NCBI GenBank assembly: GCA_965204725.1
Contig: OZ242005.1
Coordinates: forward strand, 1,408,001-1,472,000
Direction: 5' to 3'
Source: Candidatus Latescibacterota bacterium
GTDB lineage: Bacteria > Latescibacterota > UBA2968 > UBA8231
Length of the DNA stretch: 64,000 bases
The position numbers were made by a program, and so were the translations under genes. Shown here piece after piece: positions 29,979 to 41,710 of the stretch (the stretch's first letter is position 1; each line of letters opens with the position of its first letter). The notes beneath the pieces were generated by a model. It did no database searches. It was not told the origin of the DNA and saw only the letters and a program-made list of their open reading frames with translations.

Positions 29979-30995
29979 ATGGTCCACATCGGCATTGTTG
30001 GAATCGGCTTTATGGGCATGACCCACTACAAGGCGATGGCCCAAGTTAAAGGGGGCCAAGTCGCGGCCTTGGTCTCTGGCGACCCCAAAAAGCGCGCTGG
30101 GGATTGGCGCGATATTCAGGGCAATTTTGGCGACAGCGGCGGGGTGCAGGACTTGTCGGGAGTGCGGTGCTACGAAACGTTGGACGAGCTGCTCGCCGAT
30201 GGAGAAATCGACTTGGTGGATATCTGCCTGCCGACCGCGATGCACGTCGAGACCAGCATCCTCGCCCTCGCCGCGGGCAAGCACGTGCTGCTGGAAAAAC
30301 CCATTGCCGTAGCCTTGGACGACGCCGACCGAATTGTGGCCGCGGCCCAACAACACCAGCGGCAGTTTATGGTGGCCCACGTCCTGCGGTACTTTCCAGA
30401 ATTCCGGCTCATCAAACAGCTCGTCGCCGACGCCGAGCACGGCCCGGTGCTCGCCGCCCACTTCAAGCGGATCATCTCGCGCCCGGCGTGGTGGGCACCC
30501 GCCGACTTGCAGCGGACCGGCGGCCCCGCGATCGACCTCCACATCCACGACGCGGACTTCGTGCAGTTTTTGTTCGGGATGCCCACTGCGGTCAGTGCGC
30601 AAGGGTACGTCGGTCGCGGCGGGACGGTCGAGTACATCAACACGCACTACCAATACGACGGCCCCATGGCGATCAGCGCCGAAGGCGGCTGGTTGGCGCA
30701 ATCGGGCTGTCCCTTTGAGCACGGCTATGACGTGTACTTTGAGGAGGCCACGCTCAAGTACAACTCGTCTTGGGGCCAGCCGCCGCAACTATTGACCAAG
30801 GACGGCGAGGTCAGTACGCCGCCTCTGCCGGGCGAGGACGGCTTCGTCGGCGAGCTGCAGGAAGCGGTGGATGCGATCGCGCACGGCAGGGCCTCGCAGG
30901 AACTGAGCGGTCAGAGTGCGCGGAACTCCCTGCTGTTGTGCCTGAAGGAGATCGAGTCGGTTGAGCAGGGGCAGAAGGTGGCGATAGAGCTTTAG
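29979..30995 (+). CDS. Gfo/Idh/MocA-family oxidoreductase
   Basis: GIVGIGFMG, AGKHVLLEKP, DLHIHD. Confidence 0.9.
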   Translation: MVHIGIVGIGFMGMTHYKAMAQVKGGQVAALVSGDPKKRAGDWRDIQGNFGDSGGVQDLSGVRCYETLDELLADGEIDLVDICLPTAMHVETSILALAAGKHVLLEKPIAVALDDADRIVAAAQQHQRQFMVAHVLRYFPEFRLIKQLVADAEHGPVLAAHFKRIISRPAWWAPADLQRTGGPAIDLHIHDADFVQFLFGMPTAVSAQGYVGRGGTVEYINTHYQYDGPMAISAEGGWLAQSGCPFEHGYDVYFEEATLKYNSSWGQPPQLLTKDGEVSTPPLPGEDGFVGELQEAVDAIAHGRASQELSGQSARNSLLLCLKEIESVEQGQKVAIEL

Positions 30996-31016
30996 ATCGC
31001 CGCCGGGCTAATGCCC

Positions 31017-31832
31017 TTAGAGGACACCGGATTCGACGTAATACAGGGCATAGGCGAGACCGATGCCCACGAGGAGCGCTGCGGTGAGCTTGCCGCGATC
31101 GTGGCTGTGGAAATGGATCTCCGGCAGTAGGTCGCTCAAGGCAATGCACAGGAACGCGCCGGCCGCAAAGGCCAGCGCGTAGCCAACCATGGCCCCTTTT
31201 TCCGGGCCGAGCAATCCCACCCCCCAGAAACTCGCCAGTACCATCACAGGGCACAGCAGGGCAAACCCGACATTGGCCGCCGTGCAGGCGCGCTGGCTGT
31301 GACCGGCGGACTGCATCATGCTGATAATGAAGTACGCATCGAGCGGCTTGTGCAGCAGAATGGCGAGGAACACCCCCAGCCCGGCCAATGCGCTGTCGCT
31401 GTCGTTATGCACACTGGCGCCGAGGGCGATCCCTTCGGTCGCGGTATGTATCCCTAGGCCGAGGGCAATGCCCAACAAGCTCTGCGAATGGACCCCACCG
31501 GGGCCGCGTCGATCGTACAGATCGCTCGCCTCACTGCTCAAGTCGTGCTGATGAAAGTGGAAGATACGCAGCAAAAAAATCATCAGGACCATGCCGAACA
31601 CCATCCACCCCACAGCTTTTTCTACCCGGTCAGGCCCGGAAATGCGCTCAATGCTGTGGGGTAGCAGGTGATACATGGCGATGCCGAGGATGAAGCCGGC
31701 CACGAGACTCATCACGATCTGGGAGCGCGTATGCGTCATGGTGCCCAAAGCCGACAGTTTCCCGCCGAGCAAGGAGGCGGCAAAGATGGCGGCTGAGTAG
31801 GCCGATAAAATTAGTAGATAGTTTGAGTCCAT
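31017..31832 (-). CDS. ZIP-family metal transporter
   Basis: HLLPH, HFHQH loop, HTATEG, LHKPLD, DLLPE. Confidence 0.88.
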   Translation of the reverse strand: MDSNYLLILSAYSAAIFAASLLGGKLSALGTMTHTRSQIVMSLVAGFILGIAMYHLLPHSIERISGPDRVEKAVGWMVFGMVLMIFLLRIFHFHQHDLSSEASDLYDRRGPGGVHSQSLLGIALGLGIHTATEGIALGASVHNDSDSALAGLGVFLAILLHKPLDAYFIISMMQSAGHSQRACTAANVGFALLCPVMVLASFWGVGLLGPEKGAMVGYALAFAAGAFLCIALSDLLPEIHFHSHDRGKLTAALLVGIGLAYALYYVESGVL

Positions 31833-31959
31833 GGTGGCTATGGCAGGCTTTGAACTCCCAGCTGACCGCGCTCGCAGAAGGGGTACGCGCGGCCGTTTTT
31901 GGCTCTGGAGACACAAATGCGGGAAGAAGTAGGGACGCCTAGGGCGAAACGACTGCGGG

Positions 31960-33210
31960 TCAAGGGTCGCTCGTGCTGGATCGGGGACGGATATTGAGCA
32001 ACATGTCCTCGTAGCCGCTTCGCAGGGCACCGGCCCGGAACCGCCAGACGATCAGGGCGATCAGGAGAACAGCGCTGCCCCATTGCAGGAACTGAATAGC
32101 TGGCGAAAGGGAGGCGTCGAGGTTCACGGCAATCGTCAGCCCAGCGGCCAAAAGCAGCGCGTCGATCGCGATGCCGAGGACGACCGTCACCGCGATGACC
32201 GCGGCGACGTAGATGGATGCGAAGCGGGAGCCGAACTGGCTGACGATAATCGCTATTGTGCCGGTGTTGGTGGCCGGCCCGGTCATGAGAAAGATCAGGG
32301 CCGCGCCCGGGCTGACCCCCTTGGCAACCAGTGCGGCCGCGATCGGGGTACTGGCGGATGCACAGATATAGAGGGGAATGCCGATTAGCACCATGACGGG
32401 ATAGGAGAGCCAGCGGGCATACTCGTTTGCCATCAAATCGCTCGGAACCACCAAAAAGAGCACTCCGCCCAGCGCGACCCCCACGAGCAGCGCGAAGAGA
32501 ATATCGTCTGCTATCTCGACAAAGCCATAGCGAAAGACGTGCTTGACCAACTTCTTGAAGTCGAGCCCCGAATTGTCTAGGGGAACGTCGCCCGCAGCCG
32601 GAGTGCGCCACCGGCCGGCTGCTAGGGCCAACTCCTTCAACCAGTTGACCAGCAATACCTTGAGTTGAGCGGGGCTGACGTAGCAATCGTCCCGATTGGA
32701 CATGAGGGATTGGTGCGAGCCATGAGCGTGGTTGCAGTCGTAGCAGGGGTCGCCATCGCTCGCCTTGGTTGCGTCGCGGTCGTCCTTTATGAGGCCCATA
32801 CAGAAAAGCCCGGCGACGACCGCGGTGATAAAGCTGATGATGGGCCGGACTAGGGCGACGACGAAGCCGAAAAAGGCGTTGGTGACCAAAATCGAGTCCG
32901 CACCCGTCTCCGGCGCGGTTATCAGGAAGGACATGCAGGACGAACGGGACGCCCCCTTATTGCGCATCTCGGCGACTACGGGCACGACCGAACAACTACA
33001 CAGCGGCACCGGGACGCCAATAGCCGAGCTCGTGGCTACGGCCTTTAGGCTATCGTCGCGGAGCCAGCGGAGTATGGCTTGGCGGGAGATGAATACGTGG
33101 ATCAGGCCGGAAAGGAACAGCCCCAGCAACAGCATGGGTGCTAACAAGAGGAAGGACGACCAGAGGAAGTCGAAAAAACGGGCTAATATCCCCAAAAATT
33201 CAAAGGGCAC
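31960..33210 (-). CDS. DUF318/SO_0444-type metal permease
   Basis: PLCSCSVVP, YICASASTP, GPATN motifs; Cys/His-rich loop CYDCNHAHGSH; start inferred. Confidence 0.85.
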   Translation of the reverse strand: MPFEFLGILARFFDFLWSSFLLLAPMLLLGLFLSGLIHVFISRQAILRWLRDDSLKAVATSSAIGVPVPLCSCSVVPVVAEMRNKGASRSSCMSFLITAPETGADSILVTNAFFGFVVALVRPIISFITAVVAGLFCMGLIKDDRDATKASDGDPCYDCNHAHGSHQSLMSNRDDCYVSPAQLKVLLVNWLKELALAAGRWRTPAAGDVPLDNSGLDFKKLVKHVFRYGFVEIADDILFALLVGVALGGVLFLVVPSDLMANEYARWLSYPVMVLIGIPLYICASASTPIAAALVAKGVSPGAALIFLMTGPATNTGTIAIIVSQFGSRFASIYVAAVIAVTVVLGIAIDALLLAAGLTIAVNLDASLSPAIQFLQWGSAVLLIALIVWRFRAGALRSGYEDMLLNIRPRSSTSDP

Positions 33211-33378
33211 TCCACAGCCTCCTAAGCATTGGATCGGGAGGTTCGGCAAAAGTCTGGCAGACGATGCTGAACTGCTTTGATTTAAGAAAGTAGGCATTGC
33301 CTAGTAAAGAGCAAGACTCGATGGAGAAAGGCGCAGGCTTGCTTTTTTGCTGTTGACCACTATACTCAATACAAGGTC

Positions 33379-33693
33379 ATGCTAACGCGCAAAACAGACA
33401 TCTCGACGCGCTCGGCGCACTCGCTGGGCCTGCTGGTGCTGACCGTGCTCTTTGCCGCTGTCATCGTCGGCTTGCCCTTCGGCCACCAGCTTTGCCACGA
33501 GAGCCTCGTCGAGCCTGAGGACTGTCCAGCCGGCCTGTTGCAGAGCGGCTTGTCGCTCCTTTTTTGGGGCCTGCCGCTCGTGCTCGTGGCCCTAAACGCC
33601 GCTGCGCTAGGCCCGGCTACTCCGCGCACAGTACCCCTGCCCCTTTTTCACCCGCGCTTTACCTATTTCAACCGCGGTCCGCCCCGGTGCTAG
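33379..33693 (+). CDS. DUF2946-like leader protein ending in RGPP
   Basis: Hydrophobic N-terminus, H-x-x-C-H...DCP, C-terminal FNRGPPRC; first gene of a TonB-receptor operon. Confidence 0.6.
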   Translation: MLTRKTDISTRSAHSLGLLVLTVLFAAVIVGLPFGHQLCHESLVEPEDCPAGLLQSGLSLLFWGLPLVLVALNAAALGPATPRTVPLPLFHPRFTYFNRGPPRC

Positions 33694-33799
33694 TGCATCC
33701 ACGCGCAGTGCGTGGGTGCCCCTCTCCACATCCATATTCATTAAATCCTCGTTCTGCGTACAACGCGCAGTACGGGTTAAACCATTGGAGACTAGCACC

Positions 33800-34354
33800 A
33801 TGCTTAAAAACACATTTGCATTGGGCATCTTTGCCCTTGCGCTCTTTATTGCGGGCTGCGGCGACGACGACAATCCCGTCGATGCCAACGAAGAAGAACA
33901 CGCCGAAGCCTTCGGCCTGATTATTCTCAGCAGCGGCGAGGAGATCGTCCGCTACGAGAACGGCGAGGTCACAGGCGAAATCGAAGTGGGCCACGGCTTG
34001 GAAACGGCCCTGCTGTCCGTGCGCTTTATCGCCGAAGACGGCGACCTCTTCACCCCAGACCCGGCCGATGGCTTCGCCCTTGGCTGGGAAATTGCCGACG
34101 AGAGCATCGCCGAAGTCGAGCATCACGCCGAAGACGGTGCTTGGGCTTTTCACATCGTCGGCTTGGAGGAGGGCCAGACGACCATCGTCCTCAAAATCAA
34201 CCACGGAGGCCACGCCGACTTCGTCTCTAAAGACATCGAAATCCACGTCGAAGAAGGCGGTCCGGGCTCTGAAGCCTCGCACGACGATGAGCACGATGAC
34301 GAGCACGACGATGAGCACGACGATGAGCACGACGATGAGCACGATGACGAGTAG
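33800..34354 (+). CDS. Lipoprotein with His/Asp/Glu-rich tail (putative metal-binding)
   Basis: Lipobox IAGC, HGGHADF, terminal (HDDE)x6. Confidence 0.8.
   Translation: MLKNTFALGIFALALFIAGCGDDDNPVDANEEEHAEAFGLIILSSGEEIVRYENGEVTGEIEVGHGLETALLSVRFIAEDGDLFTPDPADGFALGWEIADESIAEVEHHAEDGAWAFHIVGLEEGQTTIVLKINHGGHADFVSKDIEIHVEEGGPGSEASHDDEHDDEHDDEHDDEHDDEHDDE
34280..34351 (+). repeat. 12-bp tandem repeat encoding HDDE (6 units)
   Basis: CACGAYGAYGAG units in tandem. Confidence 0.9.
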
Positions 34355-34432
34355 GACGTGCGTCTCAACATCCTGCTCATCTCGGTACGCTAATTGTCGA
34401 AGCGCGCACTCGTCGCGGTGCGGAGCTTGTCG

Positions 34433-36638
34433 ATGCGTCCGTTGCCTCGTAGCACTTTTCCTCTCGAGCTTGGCGATAGGCCCCGCCTCTGGCGCCCAGA
34501 CTGGCTCGCTAGCCGGCCGCACAATCAACGCCGAAAGCGGCCAGCCCGTCGGTTGGGCTACCGTCGTTATCGAGGGGCTCGACCGAGCGCGGACTAGCGA
34601 CGCTGAGGGGGCCTTCTTCTTCGCCAACGTACCGCCCGGCGCACACATCCTGCAAAGCCTACACGTCGGCTACCGCGAGGCGCGCTTTAAGGTTGAGGTC
34701 GTCGCCGGCGATACCGCGCATGTCGAACTCGCCCTCGGCTACGAGTCTCTGCATCTAGAGGCTATCGTGGTCGAGGGCGAAGCCGTGCTGATGCCGCTAC
34801 AGGAGCCTGAAGTCGTCTTCAGCGGCAGCAAACTGCGCCAGAATTTGAGCCGCACCATCGCCGAGACCATCGCCGGCGAGCCGGGCATTGCCCAACGCAC
34901 GATGGGGCCCGCGCCCGCGCGTCCGGTGCTGCGCGGGCTAGGCGGCGATCGCTTGCTAATACTCGAAGACAGCGAGCGCACCGGCGATTTGTCCGGTACT
35001 TCCTCGGACCATGCGGTGGCTATCGAGCCGATGACAACCGAGCGCATCGAGATCGTGCGCGGCCCCCGCACCTTGCTCTACGGTTCCAACGCTTTGGGTG
35101 GGGTCGTCAACGTGGTGCGAGGGTACGTGCCCTCCGAGCAGCCCGCTGGCTTAGGCGGCTCGGCGACCTATCAAGGGGAGAGCGTCAACCGAGGTTTGTC
35201 CGGCGGCCTGACCCTCGAACAGGTGCTCGGCCCACTGGCCCTGCGCTTGGACAGCAGTCTGCGCAATGCCGACGATATCGCCACCCCACGCGGGGTGCTC
35301 GCCAATACGGACCTCCGCACGGGCAATACTTCGGCCGGCCTAAGTCTGGTCCAGCCTTGGGGGTATCTGGGTGCGTCCGGCAGTCTGTATATCTCCGATT
35401 ACGGCATTCCCCCCGACCCGGAGGGCGCCCACCCAGACGGCGTATCCATCGATCTCCAACGCCAGCATCTCGTTGGTCGCGGCGAAATTTTCGCCGGGCC
35501 GGCTTGGCTCCAACGCCTAGTGCTGCACCACTCGTTTTCGCGTTATCAGCACGGCGAATTCGAGGCGAGTGGCGACTTGGGCTTAGAGTACGGTGTGCTC
35601 ACGCACAACAGCGGTGCTCTGGCCCACTTAGAGCGCATGGGGCCTTTTGCAAACGGCGAGGTCGGTCTGTGGTACGAGTACCGCAACTATGCCGAGGCCG
35701 GTTTGACCTACACGCCGCCGGCCGAAGAATACGCCGGTGCTTTGTTTGTGTATCAGGAGTGGGCGAGAACACGGTGGGAGGTCAATGGTGCCCTGCGAAT
35801 TGATGCCCGCCGCGTCGAGCCGCGTGCGGAGCGCACCTCGCACAGTGTCGGCCGCATTGAGACGCGCGACTTTGCCGGTATGTCCGCTGGCCTATCCAAC
35901 CACTATCGCCCCAGCCCGACCGTGACGCTGGGCGCGACCTTGATGCGCACCTTTCGCGCCCCTCGCATCGAAGAGCTATTCGCCGAGGGACCACATTTGG
36001 CTGTCTATTCGTACGAGGTGGGCAATGGGGCCCTCGACAGCGAACGCGGCTTGGGACTGGAGCTATTCGCCGACTACCACCACGAAGAGGGCCATTTGCA
36101 CTTGGCCGTCTTCCGCAACGCCATTGACGGGTACATTTTCCCCAAGAACAGCGGCGAGCGCAGTCTGCGGCGCGCCGATCTGTTTCTCTACCGGACTGTG
36201 GGGGAGCGCGTCCTCATGCACGGCGTCGAAGCCAACTTCGCTTGGCATTTGGCGGCCCGGTGGAAGGGGGCTGGTAGCCTCAGCTATGTGCGCGGTCACC
36301 TCATCGACCGCAACGACGAACCCCTGCCGCGTCTGCCGCCCCTGCAAGGGCATCTGAGCCTGACCTGCGAACCCACCGAGGCATTGAGCGCGACCATTGC
36401 GCTGCGCCTCGCTGCACAGCAGAACCGGCTCGGCGAGTTTGAAAAGCCTACGGAGGGCTACGCGGTCTTGGATTTTTCGAGCCAGTACTACGCGCAGTGG
36501 GGGGGGCGTCTGCACACCTTTTCCCTGACCTTAGAAAACGCCACCAACGCGGTGTACCGCAACCACCTCAACCGCGTCAAGGAAATCCTGCCCGAGCCGG
36601 GCCGCAACCTGCGCCTGCTGCACAAGATCTTCTTCTGA
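34433..36638 (+). CDS. TonB-dependent receptor with N-terminal carboxypeptidase-regulatory-like domain (ZnuD-like); start ambiguous
   Basis: Plug motifs RPVLRGL, DHAV, RIEIVRGPRTLLYGSNALGGVVN; C-terminal PGRN...F. Confidence 0.88.
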
Positions 36639-36711
36639 GCTGAAGCATACCGCTTCTGGCGGGTACGGAGGCTCAGGCTAAACGGGGATACGCCCGAAAG
36701 GTACAGCAGCG

Positions 36712-37344
36712 TTACTTGAGCACCGCCACGGCCGCGCCTAAGGCCGTGACGAGGATGCTGGTGCAGGCGATGAGCATGGCCATCAGCCGTGCGTAGCGCG
36801 AATCGAGTTGTTTGGCTAAGTCGTTGATGCGCTCGTCGGTCTGGTCAAAGCGCCGGTTGGTCTCGGTGCGCGCCTCGTCGAATCGTGCGTTGGTCTCGGA
36901 GCGTAGTTCGTCGATGCGTTTATTGGTCTGGTCGAATCGCGTATTCGTCTCGGAGCGTAGTTCGTCGATGCGTTTATTGGTCTGGTCGAATCGCGTGTTC
37001 GTCTCGGTGTGCGCCTCGTCAAAGCGCCCGTTGGTCTCGGTGTACGCTTTGTCAATGCGCCCGCTCATCTCGGTGCGCACCTCGTTGATGCGCTCATTAG
37101 TCTGGTCGAATCGCGTATTCGTCTCGGTACGCGCCTCGTCGATGCGCCCGTTGGTCTGGTCGAATCGCGTATTCATCTCGGTGCGCACCTCGTTGATGCG
37201 CCCGCTCATCTCGGTTCGGAGTTCGTCAATGCGCTCATTGGTCTGGCGCACATCTTGACGCACATCCTGAATATCCTCGCGCAGGAAGCTGAGAGCGAGC
37301 GTGGATTCCGTCGGCTGGACGGGGTGGGGCTGCTGCTCGGCCAT
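36712..37344 (-). CDS. Repetitive coiled-coil protein with C-terminal membrane anchor
   Basis: Repeats of RTETNTRFDQTNxRIDE; hydrophobic C-terminus. Confidence 0.75.
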   Translation of the reverse strand: MAEQQPHPVQPTESTLALSFLREDIQDVRQDVRQTNERIDELRTEMSGRINEVRTEMNTRFDQTNGRIDEARTETNTRFDQTNERINEVRTEMSGRIDKAYTETNGRFDEAHTETNTRFDQTNKRIDELRSETNTRFDQTNKRIDELRSETNARFDEARTETNRRFDQTDERINDLAKQLDSRYARLMAMLIACTSILVTALGAAVAVLK

Positions 37345-37389
37345 GAGAAGGTCCTCTTTGGGTTAAAGGTAAGCACTCGCCCTCTACAA

Positions 37390-37404
37390 GCAAAAAGCAG
37401 GCCA
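37390..37404 (-). promoter_or_regulatory. Possible sigma-54 promoter
   Basis: TGGCCTGCTTTTTGC (GG-N10-GC) about 45 bp upstream of the 37344 start. Confidence 0.4.
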
Positions 37405-37506
37405 TGCCGAGTTGGCTACCCGTTCTCTCCTCTATCAGCAGTGTGCGGTGTGTCTGGGTGGAAACGACGCTGTTTCTCCGAGGCAACACGCCCCTTCAAT
37501 TAGCAC

Positions 37507-37812
37507 TCAACGCCCCGGTTGCCACTCGTTGAGTGTGCGGGCGAAGAGGATATCCGAGCGGGTGACGGCCCCTTCGCTGTGGGTTGTTACGGCGACGGCA
37601 ATGGTGCGCTTGCCGGTATCCAAGGAGAAGTCGGGATGGTGGTTCTGCTCGGTGATGGTGCGGGTCAGGTGGTTGAGGAACGAGGTGATGTCCTTGAAGT
37701 TGGCAAAGACGAAGTCGCACGAGATGATGATGCCGTCGCGACGCCATCCGGCGAGCGTTTGCAATTCGGCATCTACTTGGGCGGCGGTGAGGGTGGTTTT
37801 GTCTTCGGTCAT
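37507..37812 (-). CDS. Pterin-4-alpha-carbinolamine dehydratase
   Basis: EQNHHPD, TTHSEGAVT...D motifs. Confidence 0.88.
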   Translation of the reverse strand: MTEDKTTLTAAQVDAELQTLAGWRRDGIIISCDFVFANFKDITSFLNHLTRTITEQNHHPDFSLDTGKRTIAVAVTTHSEGAVTRSDILFARTLNEWQPGR

Positions 37813-37874
37813 GGCGGATAGGCTCCTCGTTGAGATGGTTGGGATGTGCTGGAATATCCGAATTATATAAAAAG

Positions 37875-37908
37875 AAAGCGGGCGGGATGAAACACCCCGC
37901 CCGCTTTT
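37875..37908. terminator. Rho-independent terminator downstream of groEL
   Basis: AAAGCGGGCGGG...CCCGCCCGCTTT hairpin with flanking A/T tracts. Confidence 0.8.
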
Positions 37909-37928
37909 GCGCGTTGGTCAAGCGTCCC

Positions 37929-39867
<1,939 letters not shown>

Positions 39868-39913
39868 GATTGGCTCCTCCTCTTTGTATGGTTAAAATGG
39901 CTACGGAATGCTA

Positions 39914-39929
39914 TGCAAAGTTCGTGCCA
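39914..39929 (-). promoter_or_regulatory. Sigma-54 (-24/-12) promoter of groES-groEL
   Basis: TGGCACGAACTTTGCA matches TGGCACG-N4-TTGCW exactly; AT-rich upstream region. Confidence 0.75.
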
Positions 39930-40097
39930 AAGGACAAAATTTTTGCTAGTGTTTTGTTTATAAAGAACTTACGACGATCCGCGCCGCGCCGCCGCAAACG
40001 GAAATTTTCCCGTATTGATAATATATCTAAAAAAAATGGGATAAAACATAGGTAAGTGTATTAAAAATAATTTATTGCGGTATTTTCTCTGAATGAC

Positions 40098-40120
40098 AAT
40101 GAGAAGGGTTGATTCTCATT
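40098..40120. promoter_or_regulatory. Palindromic operator-like site
   Basis: AATGAGAA-N7-TTCTCATT inverted repeat in the divergent intergenic region. Confidence 0.45.
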
Positions 40121-40140
40121 ATGAAAGTGGTTGCAGGATA

Positions 40141-40923
40141 ATGAACTGGGATGACCAACGCGTCGTGCTGACTGGGGCCAGTAGCGGCATCGGGCGCGCC
40201 TTGGCCCTCGTGCTGGCCGAGCGCGGGGCGCGCTTGGCATTGGTGGCGCGCCGCGCCGAGGCGCTAGCGGCGTTGGGGACGGCCATTGAAAAAGGGGGCG
40301 GCCGCCAGCCGCTAGTGGTGCCGTGCGACGTAGGCGATCTGACCCAAGTTGATGCGTTGTACGCCGAGGTGGAGGCGCGCTGGGGCGGGGCCGACGTGCT
40401 GATCAACAACGCGGGTCGGGGGTATTACAACTCCTTTGCCGACGCGGAGATACGCGAATGCGCGGCCGTGGTGCAAACGAACCTGCTCGGCGTCATCTAC
40501 TGCACCCGGGCCTTTCTGCCGGGCATGCTGGCGCAAGGGCGGGGTCGGTTGGTCTTCATCTCGAGTGTGGCCGGCGAATTCCCCGTGCCCAAGCACGCCG
40601 TGTACAGCGCGACAAAATTCGCAGTGAGCGGCTTGGCCGAGAGCCTCGACTACGAACTGGCGCCCCAAGGCATTGGCGTCCACCTCGTGGAGCCGGGCTT
40701 GGTGCATACGGAGTTTGCCGCGCGGGCGGGCACGAAGCACTTACCAGTGCAGCAAAAGTTCGCCAAGTCGGCCGAGGAAGTGGGCAAAGCCATCGCCGAT
40801 GCCGTGGCCGCAGACAAGCACAAGAGCGTTCCCGACGCGGCCGCGCATCTACTGATCAAACTGCGCCAGCACCTGCCTCGCTTGACGCGATTCGCTTTTA
40901 AGAGGGTCTGCCGCAGGCTCTAG
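40141..40923 (+). CDS. SDR-family oxidoreductase
   Basis: TGASSGIG, NNAG, YSATK. Confidence 0.92.
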   Translation: MNWDDQRVVLTGASSGIGRALALVLAERGARLALVARRAEALAALGTAIEKGGGRQPLVVPCDVGDLTQVDALYAEVEARWGGADVLINNAGRGYYNSFADAEIRECAAVVQTNLLGVIYCTRAFLPGMLAQGRGRLVFISSVAGEFPVPKHAVYSATKFAVSGLAESLDYELAPQGIGVHLVEPGLVHTEFAARAGTKHLPVQQKFAKSAEEVGKAIADAVAADKHKSVPDAAAHLLIKLRQHLPRLTRFAFKRVCRRL

Positions 40924-40927
40924 CCCG

Positions 40928-41710
40928 TCACTGCGCGGTGTACCCGCCATCGACGACGAGGGTGGCCCCGGTGGTAAAGCCGGATGCTTCCGCGGCAAAG
41001 TAGAGGACGGCCGTGGCCAACTCGGCCGGGTCGCCCCAGCGGGCCATGGGGACCTTGGACTGCATTTCTCGCGCCTTGGCCGGGTCTTGCAGCAAGGGGG
41101 CGTTGAGCGGAGTGCTAAAGGGGCCGGGGCAGATGGCGTTGACGGTGATGCCGTGCGGTGCCCATTCGAGGGCGAGGGTCTTGGTGAGCTGGACTATGCC
41201 GCCCTTGCTCGAGGCATAGGGTGTGCGGTGGGCGATTGAGACCTGCGACACGGTAGATCCGAGGTTGATGACGCGGCCATAGCCGCGCTCGATCATCTGC
41301 GGCCCCACGGCTCGGCAATAGTACATCGGGCCGGTGAGGTTGATGGCGAGGACCGCGTCCCAGTCCTCGTCTCGTAACTCGACGATCGGGCTGCGGATGT
41401 TAATGCCGGCGTTGTTGACTAGAATGTCGATAGGCCCTAAAGCCTTGTTGGTTTGGGCGACCGAGGCTTCCACTTGGGCGCGGTCGGCCGCGTCGGCTTG
41501 GAAGGCGAGCACGCGGCCGTTGGTGTGGCCCCTGATTTGCGCGGCCGCCGCGCGGGCCTCTGCTGCATTGCGACTGGTCAGGGCCACGTCGGCGCCGGCC
41601 CCGGACAGCGCGCCGGCCAGGGCTTGTCCGAGGCCCTTGCTGCCGCCCGTCACCAGAGCCGTGCGCCCCTTGAGGCTGAAGAGGTCGAGCGAGGAGGGCG
41701 GCAGCATCAC
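40928..41710 (-). CDS. SDR-family oxidoreductase (gluconate 5-dehydrogenase-like)
   Basis: TGGSKGLG, NNAG, YASSK, VDGG. Confidence 0.92.
   Translation of the reverse strand: MMLPPSSLDLFSLKGRTALVTGGSKGLGQALAGALSGAGADVALTSRNAAEARAAAAQIRGHTNGRVLAFQADAADRAQVEASVAQTNKALGPIDILVNNAGINIRSPIVELRDEDWDAVLAINLTGPMYYCRAVGPQMIERGYGRVINLGSTVSQVSIAHRTPYASSKGGIVQLTKTLALEWAPHGITVNAICPGPFSTPLNAPLLQDPAKAREMQSKVPMARWGDPAELATAVLYFAAEASGFTTGATLVVDGGYTAQ

Noticed and set aside
33335-33350. Sigma-54-like GG...TTGC before the RGPP leader
   Set aside because: GG-to-GC spacing is 11, not the required 10
36684-36696. GGGATACGCCCG shared with 58714-58725
   Set aside because: A single 12-bp match is expected by chance in 64 kb
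37500-37526. CIRCE-like half site TTAGCACTC
   Set aside because: Second arm does not match at 9-bp spacing and the site lies downstream of groEL
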